DNA of 63,390 nucleotides, filler included, from Phoronis australis (Eukaryota; Animalia; Phoronida), in the NCBI GenBank assembly GCA_002633005.1. It is 7 parts of 7 records of this genome, joined end to end, with 100 filler letters (N's around TTAATTAATTAA, not from the genome) between each part and the next. Parts side by side here need not be neighbours in the genome. Positions count along the whole stretch, not along the records: positions 8,530 to 13,681 come from NMRA01000107.1; positions 13,782 to 23,479 come from NMRA01001793.1; positions 23,580 to 48,280 come from NMRA01000304.1; 4 more parts are not named here. One strand, written 5' to 3'. The position numbers and the translations under genes are program-made. This document shows, piece after piece, positions 13,326 through 26,518 of this stretch. The stretch's first letter is position 1. Every line of letters begins with the position of its first letter. The notes below the pieces were generated by a model, which worked only from the letters and a program-made list of their open reading frames with translations, made no database searches and was not told the origin of the DNA.

Positions 13326-13681
13326 GTAGTAGTAGTAGTAGTAATAATCTTTATTTAAAAGTCGGTGAGCCTTAACAATGAAACTGTTGATGTGCTTGCA
13401 GTGAAAGGCATTCTGTTCGGTTAGGAACGTTGAATGCGCGACACAGTGCGAGAACGCGGTCCAAGGATAATACTAGTCTGAAGGAGGATAATAGTTTTAT
13501 TACATACTCTTCTGCTGATACTACTGAGTCTGTTACAATCCATGCGATCATACACTTATATAGTGACATACATGAATCATAACAGGATATAGTGAACAAA
13601 CATGTTTACTACAATTCCTCATGTTGGGGGTGTATTACATAATACTTAATTCTCTGAACTACTCCTACACATGCACTCACT
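13326..13681 (-). mobile_element. 3' end/UTR of a non-LTR retroelement (L2/CR1-like tail)
   Basis: Minus strand ends ..TTTTAAATAAAGATTATT(ACT)n, i.e. a polyA signal followed by a trinucleotide tail. Upstream sequence is cut by the spacer. Confidence 0.5.
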
Positions 13682-13916
13682 NNNNNNNNNNNNNNNNNNN
13701 NNNNNNNNNNNNNNNNNNNNNNNNNTTAATTAATTAANNNNNNNNNNNNNNNNNNNNNNNNNNNNNNNNNNNNNNNNNNNNTAAGATATCATTTTTATGG
13801 AAATTATGTGTCTTATTTTTCGTAGCGTATAAGTACAGTACAATGCGGTTTGTTGAATGTGCGATTATTGCGCGTGCTCATTTAAGTATTCTTTTTTCAC
13901 TCTTGATGACGTCAGT

Positions 13917-13990
13917 CGCTGCGTGGTGTAGTGGTTAAAGTCGGCGATCAGCAATACCAAGGTCCCGGGTTCGACTCCGTCTTCGGTTTC
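13917..13990 (+). pseudogene. tRNA-derived sequence (SINE head or tRNA pseudogene)
   Basis: A box TGGTGTAGTGG (13924) and B box GGTTCGACTCC (13968) at tRNA spacing, but acceptor and anticodon stems do not pair well. Confidence 0.65.
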
Positions 13991-15139
13991 CCACCAAATC
14001 GTTATCTCACTAGTGAGATAACTTTATGGGTTATTACACGGTTTTATCTGCCATTTGACGCTAATATTGTGGTATAAATTGTGATATTTTGCGGGTTATT
14101 TTACATGGATTTAATAGGAAACGGTTTATTTTTTGACATTCCATGATAATAACTGGGATATTCTATCCATTATCATATTCAGTGGGCTCCACTGTTTGTT
14201 AATTCTTCATCTATTTTACAAAAAATGATTCATTTGCCAAAACTGCCAATTTTCTATTCTTCCAAGACAGATAGCCAGGTTGTGAACAATGAAAACATTT
14301 AACAAATGTTTTAAATATCTTACAGCACAAAAAACAAAGAAGACTCAAAACCTGTAATTCACTAGTCAGCCATAATGAACACAACATAAGTAGGAGATCA
14401 TTACTTATGACGCTGTAGAAAATTAACTCCATTGAGAATTTATCCACTAAAAGCAACTTAAACCACGAAAATCACCACAAACGGCCAAATATAACATATT
14501 GGTTTTGCCCTTTGGTTTCTTGGGAACTGATGCAGTGATGCAGTATTTTTAGTTTAATGTTTTCCCAAACATAGTGATCTGAACTGAAACGGTACAGGAT
14601 TTTTTCCCAGCTTTAATTCATGGTCTAGTTATGAGATTGTCTGTACTCATTAAAAACAGATGATTGTTGCAAAAGTTGTACCTTTACATCTGTGTGACTC
14701 CTGAAAAAAACTTTGGCGAAAGTGACATGAACAAGCGTCTTTTTTTTTAATCTTCACTCAGCGATGCCTGCACAGGTTTCAAAGAGAGTCACGTGCTGAT
14801 CAGAATTGATTATGCTATTCGTTCCTCAAAATATGATTGCATTCGTTCACCGATGAGACCGCATTGTCCATTTAAGACAGGCTTCTCCCTGAGAGAGCAA
14901 AAGTTCAAACATGGTGCAAATTGAGTGTCATGTTTTTGCCTCGTACGGTAAAAACTCTTCAGTTTGGGACACAATATGGCTGACAGGTGAAATTTCATTT
15001 TGTAAAATTTCTCAACAAAAATAACTTGGTAAAATTTACTTTCAATTGCTTTTAGCATGGTTTGTATAGTGTAGCTGTTACCAATAACATTTCGTAAAAT
15101 TTTGAGCACTTGCAACAATGCTTATGAAAAATAGAAATA

Positions 15140-16453
15140 CCGTATTCACCATAATAAGCACCCAGGGCGCTTAGAAAATTCGCTTCAGGCAGGGGGAGGG
15201 CTTATTACAGCCCAGAAGTGGTTGAAACCCGGTCACTGAAAGAGGTAAAATCGTAAGCTAGAATTCATCAAATTTACGCTCTGTGACTCATCTGTAACCT
15301 ATGACAGAGTTTCTACAAAATTGCAGTGCATTGCTATCAAACTTTGTTGTTAAATTGCAAGCATTTTTCAGAAAATCCCAGTCCGAAAACTCGCCGACTG
15401 ATGCGTCGCTACCTCGCGATCGCCGATAAGTCAACATGAATTCTTGAGTAAAAATATAGTTTCGATTCAACAAATTACCTGAAGTCCTCCCTAAGATTTT
15501 TAAGTTCCTGTGGAGTCGGGATTAACAGTATATTAAGTCCAAAACTGCGCTAGATTGTACTCCGCAACACAAGAAAAATCTCTGGACAAACACACATTGT
15601 TGTCACATGTTTGTTTTGAAGTTCGTCTGCATATTGTGTGAGTGAGCGAGCGGGTGTATGTCATCAGATTTCATTTACCAGAGTAAACGCGATGTAACAG
15701 TCTAGGTGTTCATTGTAACTAATTAAATTAAGACAAGCAGTAAAGCAGAACATCTTTTATTTAGCACTTGTTGATCTCATCTGCTAAAAAACGATCGAGA
15801 GTTGTCTCGGTAAGGCCGATGTCATTGAGTCGCAGGGTGACTGGATGTGTGACAGTCTAACAGTTATTTTTCGGGAGATTCGGGGAGTATAAGGGTGCGG
15901 AAGTGTTCACTATCAGTGGGTCATTTTGACTTTAAAAACACCAGTTACGACTAAATTAATAATTCCCTCTTCAAAATAACGCAAATGTTTTTTTACGGTA
16001 TTAGAAACTTTCAGAAATAAGTGTCAGTATTTATTTCTTGCTGATGCTATGCTACCCGTTTCATGAATAGATAGTTCCCGGAGACTAATCTTTGATGACA
16101 AGTACTTGAATGTAGCGTGCGCTTCCTGGCCACGTGCTTTTAACTGAACAAAGGTAATAAGTTTTAATTAGTCTTCGATTCGCGCTTGCATTCTTTTTGA
16201 AGTGTATAGTCACTACTGAATACCGACATAGCGGCGAGGTTCGTGGTCTACAAATTCCGCGCACAATGATTTTTTTCAGGACTGTCGGATCTTATTGATA
16301 AATTGAAGACGATACTGTAGAATTTTAGAACTTCAGGTAAGGCATTTTTCGCATGTACACGGTGTTCATGGACTGGGCGCTTATTTTAGGAAAGTCTGGA
16401 AATGCGTGGGGGGGTGCTTATAAGGGCATGGGCGTTTATTAGAATGAATACGG
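15140..16453. mobile_element. Non-autonomous pogo/Tc1-mariner-type DNA transposon
   Basis: TA|CCGTATTCA..TAATAAGCACCC at left, GGGCGTTTATTAGAATGAATACGG|TA at right. TA TSD and subterminal GGGCGCTTA repeats. No transposase ORF. Confidence 0.85.
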
Positions 16454-16598
16454 TATGGCAATATTGGCAATCATTTTTGTCCCAAATTGACGAATTTTTA
16501 CAGTAATCTTGCAATTTTACTAATTCACAGAAACAGCATACTTGCACGATATTTCCAATTGCGGAGCACAACAATTATTTTTACAGCTAAAAGAAAAA

Positions 16599-18131
16599 AC
16601 AAGAGCAACGCAGAGCGTTGAAATGCGCCCACAATTGCACCGCATACGGTATCCTTCTAGGGTTGTTTATTGGTACCATAAAGTGGCCAGTAGAGGGCAT
16701 ATATGTAGTATGCTGTACTTAGCAGAATGGAAAGGCATGCTCATTGTCTCCTCAATAGGCTAGGGGCAAAATGTGAGTAATCTTCATAATACAAGCACAT
16801 CCTATACACCAGTTGCTTAAAGCACCACAGAAACATAGAATTAAAAACAAATTTACCAACATACGAGATTAGCACAGCACTAGAATGCCAGAAACAAATT
16901 TCTACTTGGAACTTTTCCTTCATAGTCACGAAGTAACACATAGTATACACCTGAAGACCTATGAAAATACAGAGGTCAATGTAAAATACTAAAATTGCCA
17001 CTAGAGGCAAATACTAAAATTGCCACTAGAGGCATACCGGTAGTCAGAATCATCCTAAAGACGTTATCGTCCGTTGTCAACATCACATAAATACAAATAA
17101 ATTTAGTAAAGATCCTGCAAACGGTTTGGGAGATACAGCCATGGGCGCAAAAAAAAACAAAACTGCCACTAGGAGGAGCCACAGTAGTCCAAATCGTCTG
17201 AAAATCGTTGTCACCTGTCTTCCTTATAGTAAGCACATACTCGGCAATTTTCACAATCATCCTTTGAGCGGTTTGGTTGATAGAGGGGTGGACGCACAAA
17301 AACAGACTCAAAAACACTAAAAATGGCTACTAGGTGGCGCAAACTATGTCAAATCCATCTGAAAACGGGAGGATAGCGTCATCTTACTAACAGGTGCCTA
17401 CATACTAAATTTCATGAAAATCCGTTAAGGACTTGTGAAGATACAAAGGTAAGAGTAAAAAAATTAAAATTGCCACTAGGGGGCACACCGGTAGTCGGAT
17501 CCGTCCAAAAGTCGTCATCTTCCGTTGTTAACAACATATAAATATACTTACACAATTTCGTAAAGATCCTGCAAATGGTTTAGGAGATACAGCCATAGAC
17601 GCAAAAAAAAAATGCCACTAGGAGGCGCCACAGTAGTCGAAATCGTCGGAAAATCATCGTCAACCGTCCTCAACATAGTAAGCATATACATGCCAATTTT
17701 CACAATCATCCTTTGAGCGGTTTGGTTGATAGAGGGGTGGACGCACAAAAACAGACTCGAAAACACTAAACATGGCCACTAGGTGGCGCAAACTATGTCG
17801 AATCCATCTGAAAACGGCAGGATAGCGTCATCTCACTAATAGGTGCCTACATACCAAATTTCATGAAAATCCGTTCAGGACTTTTGAAGATACAAAGGTA
17901 AGCGTAAAAAACTAAAATTGCCACTAGGGGGCACACCGGTAGTCGGATCCGTCCGAAAGTTCGCACATGCCGTCCCATTCATGAATGGAACATATGTGCC
18001 AAATTTCATGAACGTATGTCAAAGGGTTTTGGAGATAGAGCAGCGGACGCCGGACGGACGGACGGACGGACGGACGGACGGACAGAGATGACGGCATAAT
18101 GCGTCCACATATAAATATGTGGGCGCATAAA
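16599..18131 (-). mobile_element. Full-length HINE / DINE-1-like non-autonomous Helentron
   Basis: Minus-strand 5' TTTTATGCGCCCACAT..GTGGACGCAT (subTIR + IR), then a (GTCC)n microsatellite at 18050-18083 and central tandem core repeats. The 3' end has subTIR TGTGGGCGCAT, hairpin CAACGC-TCT-GCGTTG and terminal CTTGTT in a T run. Confidence 0.88.
16998..17935 (+). repeat. HINE core tandem repeat: ~142/161/146-bp monomers forming a ~449-bp higher-order unit, each carrying CCACTAG(G/A)(T/G/A)GGC
   Basis: Motif starts at 17023, 17166, 17327, 17473, 17615, 17776, 17921. Every third monomer is most similar. Confidence 0.9.
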
Positions 18132-18369
18132 AAAGAAAGATTACACGTCAATTTTCACAATTATCATTACGTAGAATTGTCGTGAGGACTTGACAGGGAC
18201 CTCAGGGGTCTCACACTTCACTGATTTATCCACATTATTTTGAAAACGCTTTAACTGGTCACGCATTGTGTGTCGTAAAAGAGATCAGCATACCTGCAGC
18301 TGACGCAGCAAGTAGAACTACTCTCGTTTATCACATTGGTGTAGGCTCACAGTTGAACTGTGGTTTTTT

Positions 18370-19252
18370 GATGACCCCAGACCGTCCGAAGTTGCATCAC
18401 ATACCAACTCCGGACGGTCTCTCACGATTTATCGTTATGATCCTGAAAGCGGTTTGCTTGATAGACGAGCGGACGCCAAAAAAACTCGAAAACAGTAGAA
18501 ATGGCCACTAGGTGGCGCAAACTACGTCAAATTCATCTCAAAATGGTGAGACGGTGTCACCTCATTAACAGATGCCTGTATGCCAAATTTTATGAAAATA
18601 TGTTGAGGACCTTTGAAGATACAGACTGAGGTAAATGTAAAAAAAAAATAAAATTGCCACTAGGTGGCACACAGGTAGTAAAGTTCTGTCGTCATCCTCT
18701 GTAGTTAACATCATATAAATACACTTAATAAATTTAGTAAAGATCCTCCAAATGGTTTAGGAGCTACAGCCATAGGCGCAAAACAAAACAAAACTGCCAC
18801 TAGGAGGCAACAGAGTAGTCAAAGTCGTCAGAAAATCATCGTCATCTGTCCACTTCATAGTAAGAACATACATGCCAATTTTCACAATCATCCTTTGAGT
18901 GGTTTGGTTGATAAAGGGGTGGCCACTAGGTTGAGCAAACTATGTTGAATACATCCAAAAACAAGAGGAGAGCGTCATCTTACTAATAAATGTCTATGTA
19001 CCAAATTTTATGAAAATCTGTTGAGGACTTTTGAAGATATAGAGGCAAACGTAAAAAACTAAAATTGCCACTAGGATGCACACCGGTTGTCGGATCCATC
19101 CAGTTCGCTCATGCCGTCCCATCCACGGAAGGAACATAAGTGCACAATTTCATGAACATATGTCAAGGCGTTTTGGAGATAGAGCAGCGTATGCCAGACA
19201 GACGGAGATGACGGCATAATGGGTCCACATATAAATATGTGGGCACATAAAA
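18370..19252 (-). mobile_element. Second, 3'-truncated and more diverged HINE copy in tandem
   Basis: Same terminus GACGGCATAATGGGTCCACATATAAATATGTGGGCACATAAAA (19210-19252) and core repeats with motifs at 18505, 18657, 18797, 18923, 19068. Confidence 0.85.
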
Positions 19253-20406
19253 TATCAAGGCCTGCAAAATTTTTGAAAATGTGATGCAGGATTATATCTA
19301 TTCCCAGTAGCCGGTCTAAATCACGTCATAATAATGACAAATACGTCACCACTAAACAACTGAATTATCAGCTTTAGAAAACAGAGGCACCTTCACAACT
19401 CTGTACTGGGGGTAGATTATTTCCTCGGTTGACAGACCAACACATCTTGGTCGGTTTCTTCATATATGCCATGAATGACTCGTACCATCTCTTGCCAATG
19501 GCTAGCACAACCTACCGAGAAAAATATTGAGGAACACATGAATCATGCAATGTTTTTTAATAGGCTAAAATCCAATCAAAATTTTTAAGAATTTTTGACA
19601 TAGTTCAATTTCTCAATTACATTACATGACAATTATCAGTTTGAGGGATTAATGGATTTATCATGATCAATATTTATAATGGAGAAATTCCAGTGATGAT
19701 AAAGGGATATATTACTTTAAAAATTTCGAAAAATATAAAATTTTTAACACATGAAATATTATTTTTCCATACTTTTGGCAAGCACTGAAACAGATTATTT
19801 TAGTTGCATACTAATAAGAAACAGATTATGTGCTAAAAATACTGCTTGAGAGCATGTACATATGGTTACATGACTTGCATTGGCTGTTACTTTTCAAAAA
19901 AACTTGTGAAATTCTGCTTGTTTTTTAGCCTAAGATCTCAGAGCTCAAAAATGAAGACTAAGATTCTCCATAGAATGTCAAGCATTCATTTAAAAAAACA
20001 AGTTCTCACTCCAGGATAAAATGTCTTAAAAGAAAATCCTAGACACACATTAGCACGAATAAACTATTAATTTGCAAGTTTCGGACAAAAAGTTTCACAT
20101 CTGGGGTGGAATTTCTAAGTCAATCTCCATACAAAAACATGATCTTCCACAAAAAGTACTGACAGGCACTGTTTTTGTGTTCATGTTATGTTCCTTTGGT
20201 CGTTGGGGTTTCAAAAATACTTGAATACATATAAGTTAAAATGAAGAACTTTTTGTTACTAGTAATTAATATTTGAACAAGTGAGACTTTCGGTGTTGGA
20301 GAAAGTCAGTTACCTTAATTTTTCAAGTAAAAAAGTCACTTACTTGTAATGAATTTCAAATTCAGTCACTTAACAGAATGGGAATAATCTCTGATAGACT
20401 GGTTAT

Positions 20407-20542
20407 ACTTGATTGACTTCGCCAGTCCCACCGAGTCAACTGGCTAAAACATACGATTGGTTCTCGATTATGACTTCCGGATTACTGACCAATCAGATGT
20501 CTTGACCATTTGATCAGATGGATCTGGTGAAATTAATCAAGT
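20407..20542. mobile_element. Small MITE-like inverted repeat
   Basis: ACTTGATTGACTTCGCCAGTCCCA pairs imperfectly with TGGATCTGGTGAAATTAATCAAGT. Confidence 0.5.
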
Positions 20543-22387
20543 GCAGCTGTTGGAAATAAGTCTAGAACGAATATAAAGGCACAAAACAGTTATTGCACAA
20601 CCACGTCATCAATGAAGCAAGAGCCAGCACCAATGTCATGCATCAGCAGAGGTCAAAGTACAACTTTAACGAGCTCACACTTAGAATAAATTAATCTAAA
20701 GCAACATGGACACTGCCACTAACCTCAGGGTACAAGTTGAATCTCTTTAACGTATTGATCGTCAACGGGTACTCAGTAACATTGTCATACATGATCTGAT
20801 GAAGGCCATTGAAGAAAGTGGGAGATTCTATCATAGTCTTGTAATACGAATAGTACAGACCCTGAAAGAAAATGCTGGCACTGGTCAACGACACCAGGAA
20901 ATCCTCACTAAATTCCTCACAACAATTGCTAGAATGGCACTTTTCCGATTTTCTAAAGACGTATTACAGAGTCGTGAATGCCTGCAGTGTTTCAACTAAC
21001 TTTGTCAGAAGTACTGCCACTTTTGAAAGCTCCAAATTCACAGAGCGATAATCTTCATTGTGTCGCAAGGTGTTGGACATTTCATGTGGACGCTAGGCTA
21101 ACTGGGAATAAGATTTCTGGGGCAAGTTGTTCCGAGGTAACTCCCAGTGTGGGCATGACATGAGTCCCACATTTAGTGCCCTACACTAATGGCCTCACAA
21201 TGTACTATCCAGTGCCCTGAATTATTGAGCAGGGAAGCAAATCAATAAAATTGTTTGTTACAGCCTGTGTTAAATATCCAATCATAATTGATAAGGCACG
21301 ACAGGGACATGCAGACACACAGGTTTCAGTCAAAATGATCTTTGGCCATCACAGGTCTAGGGTAAAGCCACCACTATACAAACATCAAGCTGTCGTTATT
21401 TAGTACACCGTCAGCACCTTAGACAAACAAATGTCCAAGAGCAAACTATGAACACTACGTCAGGGAACAGTGCACTGTAGACCTATTTTGCTAATGGAGG
21501 TTTGTATTTTTCCTCACAAACACTGTTGTCTGTAATCATCTAAAGATAAAAAATACTAACCATCTCTGTCCTAAAACATAATTCTCTTTCCAGCGTTGAA
21601 AGATGAGAAAAATGTCTATCCCGCTCAAACATATTTCTGATGTGATACCTAGGAAATAGAAACAGACTTAACTTTGTGCTCGAACCAATTTTTTGTTTCA
21701 CATCACTAATTGGTCAATTTTGCGAACTGTGCAGAACTCCAAGCACAACAGTGCACAATACAAATACTACAAGATTCAAAACCTGTACAGTGTGTAAATT
21801 CCCAGAGAAAAATAAAAGGGGATGAAAGTGAAAGGCATTTGCTATTAATTTGCTGTAATACACAACAAGCATTTATCAAAATAGATTATGAGAATGTGAA
21901 GGTGTAAATAATTTCAATGGGCCTCTTCCAACCTTTGTAAATACCATTTCCAATTCTATGCTGTGTTCGCCCTCCATGTATTCAGACATGGTGCAGCAAC
22001 ATTGCTAAAAATTTTTAGCAATGTTTCCAAAAAATCTTGTCAGCAATTTTCAGAAACCTACCATATTTAAAAAACAGAACATTACCCTTGTAAAAGACAA
22101 CTGTCAGCTACTACTGATACTTTGTTATCTGATTAGTGAAAAGCAGAATAATGACATGGCATGACACTTTTATGTATTTATTTATTGTGATATTTACAAT
22201 GAGGGTAACCCCATCAGTTTTCAGCGTTTTCCATGGGGGCCCTCACTTTGAATCATGTTTGGATGTTGTGTACTGTTATTGCAAGCAAAAATGATCGACA
22301 AATGAGTTGTTGTATACCAAATCAAAAAATTCATTTCCACTCATAATTTCTCTATATTAAAGTTTTATTTAATATGTACAACTAGTA

Positions 22388-22670
22388 TGGTAAAGGATCT
22401 CCAATTTTGGACAGTCTCTAGAACTTCGGACAAGGAAATTCCCCAAAAAATGTTCTTGATTTTGGAATTTGCGACAAGGTCAATTACGGTGTTCACCATA
22501 TTCCTCAAATATCGGACAATGTGTTTTCAATCTACAGAGTGGATAATTTTGCCGTCTCCTATGATTCTTGAATTTAGGACAGCCAATATGCTAATTTCTA
22601 GAATTCGGGACAACCTCTGACCTTGACGAAAATAATTTTAAGAGTCCGGAATTGGAGAATTAGTTTAACG
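22388..22670. mobile_element. pogo-like MITE
   Basis: TA|TGGTAAAGGATCTCCAATTTTGGACAG ... GTCCGGAATTGGAGAATTAGTTTAACG|TA, with internal (T/C)GGACA repeats. A similar lone end lies at ~23007. Confidence 0.6.
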
Positions 22671-23654
22671 TATTGAATTAAAAATTTTAAACCAGACATA
22701 ATGAATGAATGTGGGAAATGACTAAATTGCATAACAACCTAAAAACACAAAAATAGTTACTTAAAACTGATTGGACCGTTTTCCTGAATTAGTATAAATT
22801 TGCTTTTCAGTTAAACCACCAAACAAAGCTGGTTGAACTGTACTGCCAATTAATCAATCCAAAGAGAGTGCACACATGTCAAATGCAATGCTAATAAATA
22901 AGCAGTCAGCTGTGTTTGAGCACTTGGCAATCTTCCCAATGAGTACAGACAAATGCACTCCAAATGCTGATACGGTTATTGAAAATCTATGCAACAGGTG
23001 CGGTAGTATCGTAAAAATTCCTCAGTTAAGGACAGTGAAAAATCGGTTGCTTTTAGCTCTAGATTGGAGTTTCTATCAAATTTTAGAAATAGGGAGTATT
23101 CAACATCTCAAAATACAAGAATTTCGATCAATGACAAAGGATCATTCACCTCTATGGTATAAACCATGGGCACGAATGAAAATGTTGCATTTGTGGCTAT
23201 TTTCAATGACTTAAGTTTACTTTCAGACTCTGTTGAAGTATAAAACACCGTACCCGATACTTGACTAATATGAAGTACGTCAACATCGACCATACATCCA
23301 TATTCACACTTTTCACAGGGCTCTACGCCTAGCATAACGTCAACTCGTCAAATGCGACCTGGCAAAATTCCCAAGTCGCCAAACAGGAAAAGATGTCACC
23401 AAGACACGGTAACCCCGTATGTGGCGGTGCGAAAGTCCTCGTTTTTACAAATAACGCTTAGTTGGCAGTAGTCAAAAATNNNNNNNNNNNNNNNNNNNNN
23501 NNNNNNNNNNNNNNNNNNNNNNNTTAATTAATTAANNNNNNNNNNNNNNNNNNNNNNNNNNNNNNNNNNNNNNNNNNNNGTTTTGTTCAGAAAGTATGAA
23601 CGCAACGGAATAAAGACCGTGAAAAATGAAAAGTGTCGTGTATTCAACAAATAT

Positions 23655-23712
23655 ATGTAAGTATGTATGTTTGTATGTATGTATGTATGTGTGTATGTAT
23701 GTATGTATCTAT
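23655..23712. repeat. (TATG)n microsatellite
   Basis: Direct reading. Confidence 0.9.
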
Positions 23713-25178
23713 CTAAGGCATTTGCAGAGTAAGCTCAGTCCTCGAACCCAAGTCCATTTCTGAAGCTTTTGGCATGAAGTACCACAGAACAGTATACTAG
23801 TACTTGATCTTTATTCATCATCTAGTCTCAAATGAGAAACTCGACCGAAACAAGGACATGGATCCAGACAACGGGATAACAAGGACTGCTGTTGCTGGAT
23901 GTTTATGCTTTGCCGTAAAGCAAATCCGGGTGAGAACGCGCTACGCCGGTATTAGCGCTCCTTACTCAGTGAACATCGCGTAATAAAGGACCAGTGACCG
24001 GTTGCAAGAAACAGTCGCAGTGGGGCCTCAGATATGTTCCTCAAATTTCTTGTGCATTTCTGGACACTGCGTAGGCCTAAACGCTATTTCTCTGGTAGAA
24101 TCTTCACTTAGAATTAACAGCAATTCTTTTTGTTTAGACGACAACGTATTTTTAAACGTGACTTGAAGCTTTTGACTTTTATCTTAGATTTGGCGAAGTG
24201 TCGTACAAAACGTCTGTTTGCAAGGTGAGTCATCTCTTCAAAAATGAAATTAAACAGTTGACATCTACCAAGGTATGTCGCCGATTACTTTGTTGTAGAC
24301 TTAGCGGTATGCTACCTTGTTTACATGTAGTTGTTGTTTTACACACATAGTTGAAAACGACGTCGCAATCAAATGCTTTATGAATTTGTTCGCTTAATTA
24401 AAAACCACTTGAACAGCATCTGGTGAGCTATTTTTGATATTTACTAACACATACTAGGGTTATTGATGCCTGTTGATCTCAAACGTACTTATTTTGTAAT
24501 TTAAAATTCGAAAAGAAAAAGTGAAGCGAGATTTTCAGCGATGCGCTACCATTTTGTCACTGGACTTCAGATTTTCTTTAAATATTTAAGGGAGGCGTCG
24601 AGTTCCTTAAGGTTACTGAAAACCTTATCAAGGTAAGGAAAATTTTGGGACTTGAGGAAAAACTTCTTACCCGAAGACAAAATAATCTTAAAGAAATGGT
24701 CAAAAGATTAGGGAAACCATCAAAACTTAATTAAAGGAGAATGCCACCCAGAAAACAACCTATTTTGTATCAATCTAGATCGAGTAGTTCTACTCAATAA
24801 CGGCACGTTCGGTTGCGTTACCTGACACCTGACGGCAGACGGAGGTGTTGAAATTATCTAATGACGTAATTGGTTTCACACGCAGTCTGTTCAGCAGTTC
24901 ACAACACGGGTTAATGGCGTCAGCTTATCGCTTGAATTCATCGTTTAACACCAATAAATCATCAAACTTCGATGTAAAACCCTTAAAAATACACCGAGCT
25001 CTTATAAAATCATGTTGTTTTATTTCACTGTTACGGATTTACTGGTTTTGGACACACCGTAGCCTACAAAGTTAGGAGGGCCAATTTACCAAGGTCCGTA
25101 GCAGGAGTTTGGGGTCTGTTCGGAGATAAATTCGAAGTATTTTTCCGTAAAATACAGACAGGAGAACCTACATCTGTG

Positions 25179-26518
25179 TTGTTACTCTGCGCGTGTAAGC
25201 GCAGAGTACTGTTGTTCCTGGGTTTTCTTCAATTTTATTCTTATTCTTATTCTCCTTATTATTACTCTGCGCGAGTAAGCGCAGAGTACTGTTGTTCCTG
25301 GGTTTTCTTCAATTTTATTCTTCTTCTTATTCTTCTTATTCTAATTCTTCTTCGACCAACTTTGAGGCTTAATAACTCCAAATTGGGTGCATTTACGGTC
25401 TTTAAATTCAGCATATAACTTTTGACAGTATATAAATTTTGATTGGATATATAATCATATTCCATATTGCACCGGAAAAGGTCGTTTGGTGCAAAGGTCA
25501 TATAATTTTCAAAATGCTACTCCTCCTTCAGTTTTAAAGCTATCATTTTCAAATTCGGTGCACAGGTATATGTCAACATGACAATTTAAAAAATTACTTT
25601 TCTAAGTAATAGGGTCATCCAATCAGGTGAAATAGGTCAAAGGTCATTAGGTGCAAACTAAAATTTTGAGCTAGACACTTCAAATTGACAGGTCTGATAG
25701 CCACAGGAAAATTAAATTGGAATCCAAAGTTTCAGGTCATTTAGTGCAAACATGGGGTCATTAGGTGCATTTTTCTTCTGAAAATTTGACTTTTTCAATC
25801 AGCAAGTATTCTGATGTGTCAACCGTTAGACAACTGTGATTCTCAGCGTTAAACACATTTTCCATGGGCTTTGCAATAATTCTCCTAAAGATGCTTAAAA
25901 TGCACCGGATAAGGTCAATTAGTGCAAAGGTCATGTAACGTTCAAAATGTTATATCTCTTACGTTTTTCAAGGAATTCTTTTCAATTTCAGCACACTGGT
26001 GAAAGTCAACATGCCAAGTGAATACCCTACTTTACATTGCAATAAGCTTAACCAATCAGAAAAATAGGTCAAAGGTCATTGAGTGCAAACTAAAATTTTG
26101 AGCTAGAGACTTCAGAATTAGCTATCTGTTTACTAAGCGCGATTGAGTTTGAATTCTAAATTTTCAGGTCATTTGGTGCACCCATGGTGTCATTAGGTGC
26201 ATTTTTCTTCTGAAAGTTTGACCACTTCATTCATCTTGTATTCTGAAGTGCTTAAAGTAAAACATCTGTGATTATTAGCATTAACCACACTTTTTATCGA
26301 GTTAACAATTACTCCCTCATCGGGGCTCATAATACACCGGAAGAGGTCAATTAATGGAAATGTCATCAAAAAATTGATATGTAATTTCTCCTACAACTTT
26401 AAAGAATTCCTTTTCATATTGGTAAACTGGTCGCTGTCAGTAACTTCCCATAATAATTCCAGTAATACGCACGCGCTGAGTCCGTTATTGTCACGCCGTG
26501 ACAATAATATTTCTAGTT
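25179..26518 (+). mobile_element. HINE / non-autonomous Helentron, family 2
   Basis: Duplicated 5' hairpin TACTCTGCGCG..AAGCGCAGAGTA, (TTCTTA)n microsatellite and ~433-bp core repeats (CACCGG at ~25470, 25903, 26335). The 3' end has subTIR GCGCTGAGT, hairpin TTATTGTCACG/GTGACAATAA and terminal CTAGTT. Confidence 0.85.

Noticed and set aside
16976-17766. Two similar ORFs (MFLSLFLCVHPSINQTAQRMIVKI...)
   Set aside because: Translations of the 449-bp HINE higher-order repeat; no coding signature.
16998-19081. Regularly spaced short conserved motif resembling a CRISPR-like array
   Set aside because: The spacers are ~130-145 bp and homologous to each other, there are no cas genes, and the array lies inside a HINE with clear termini.
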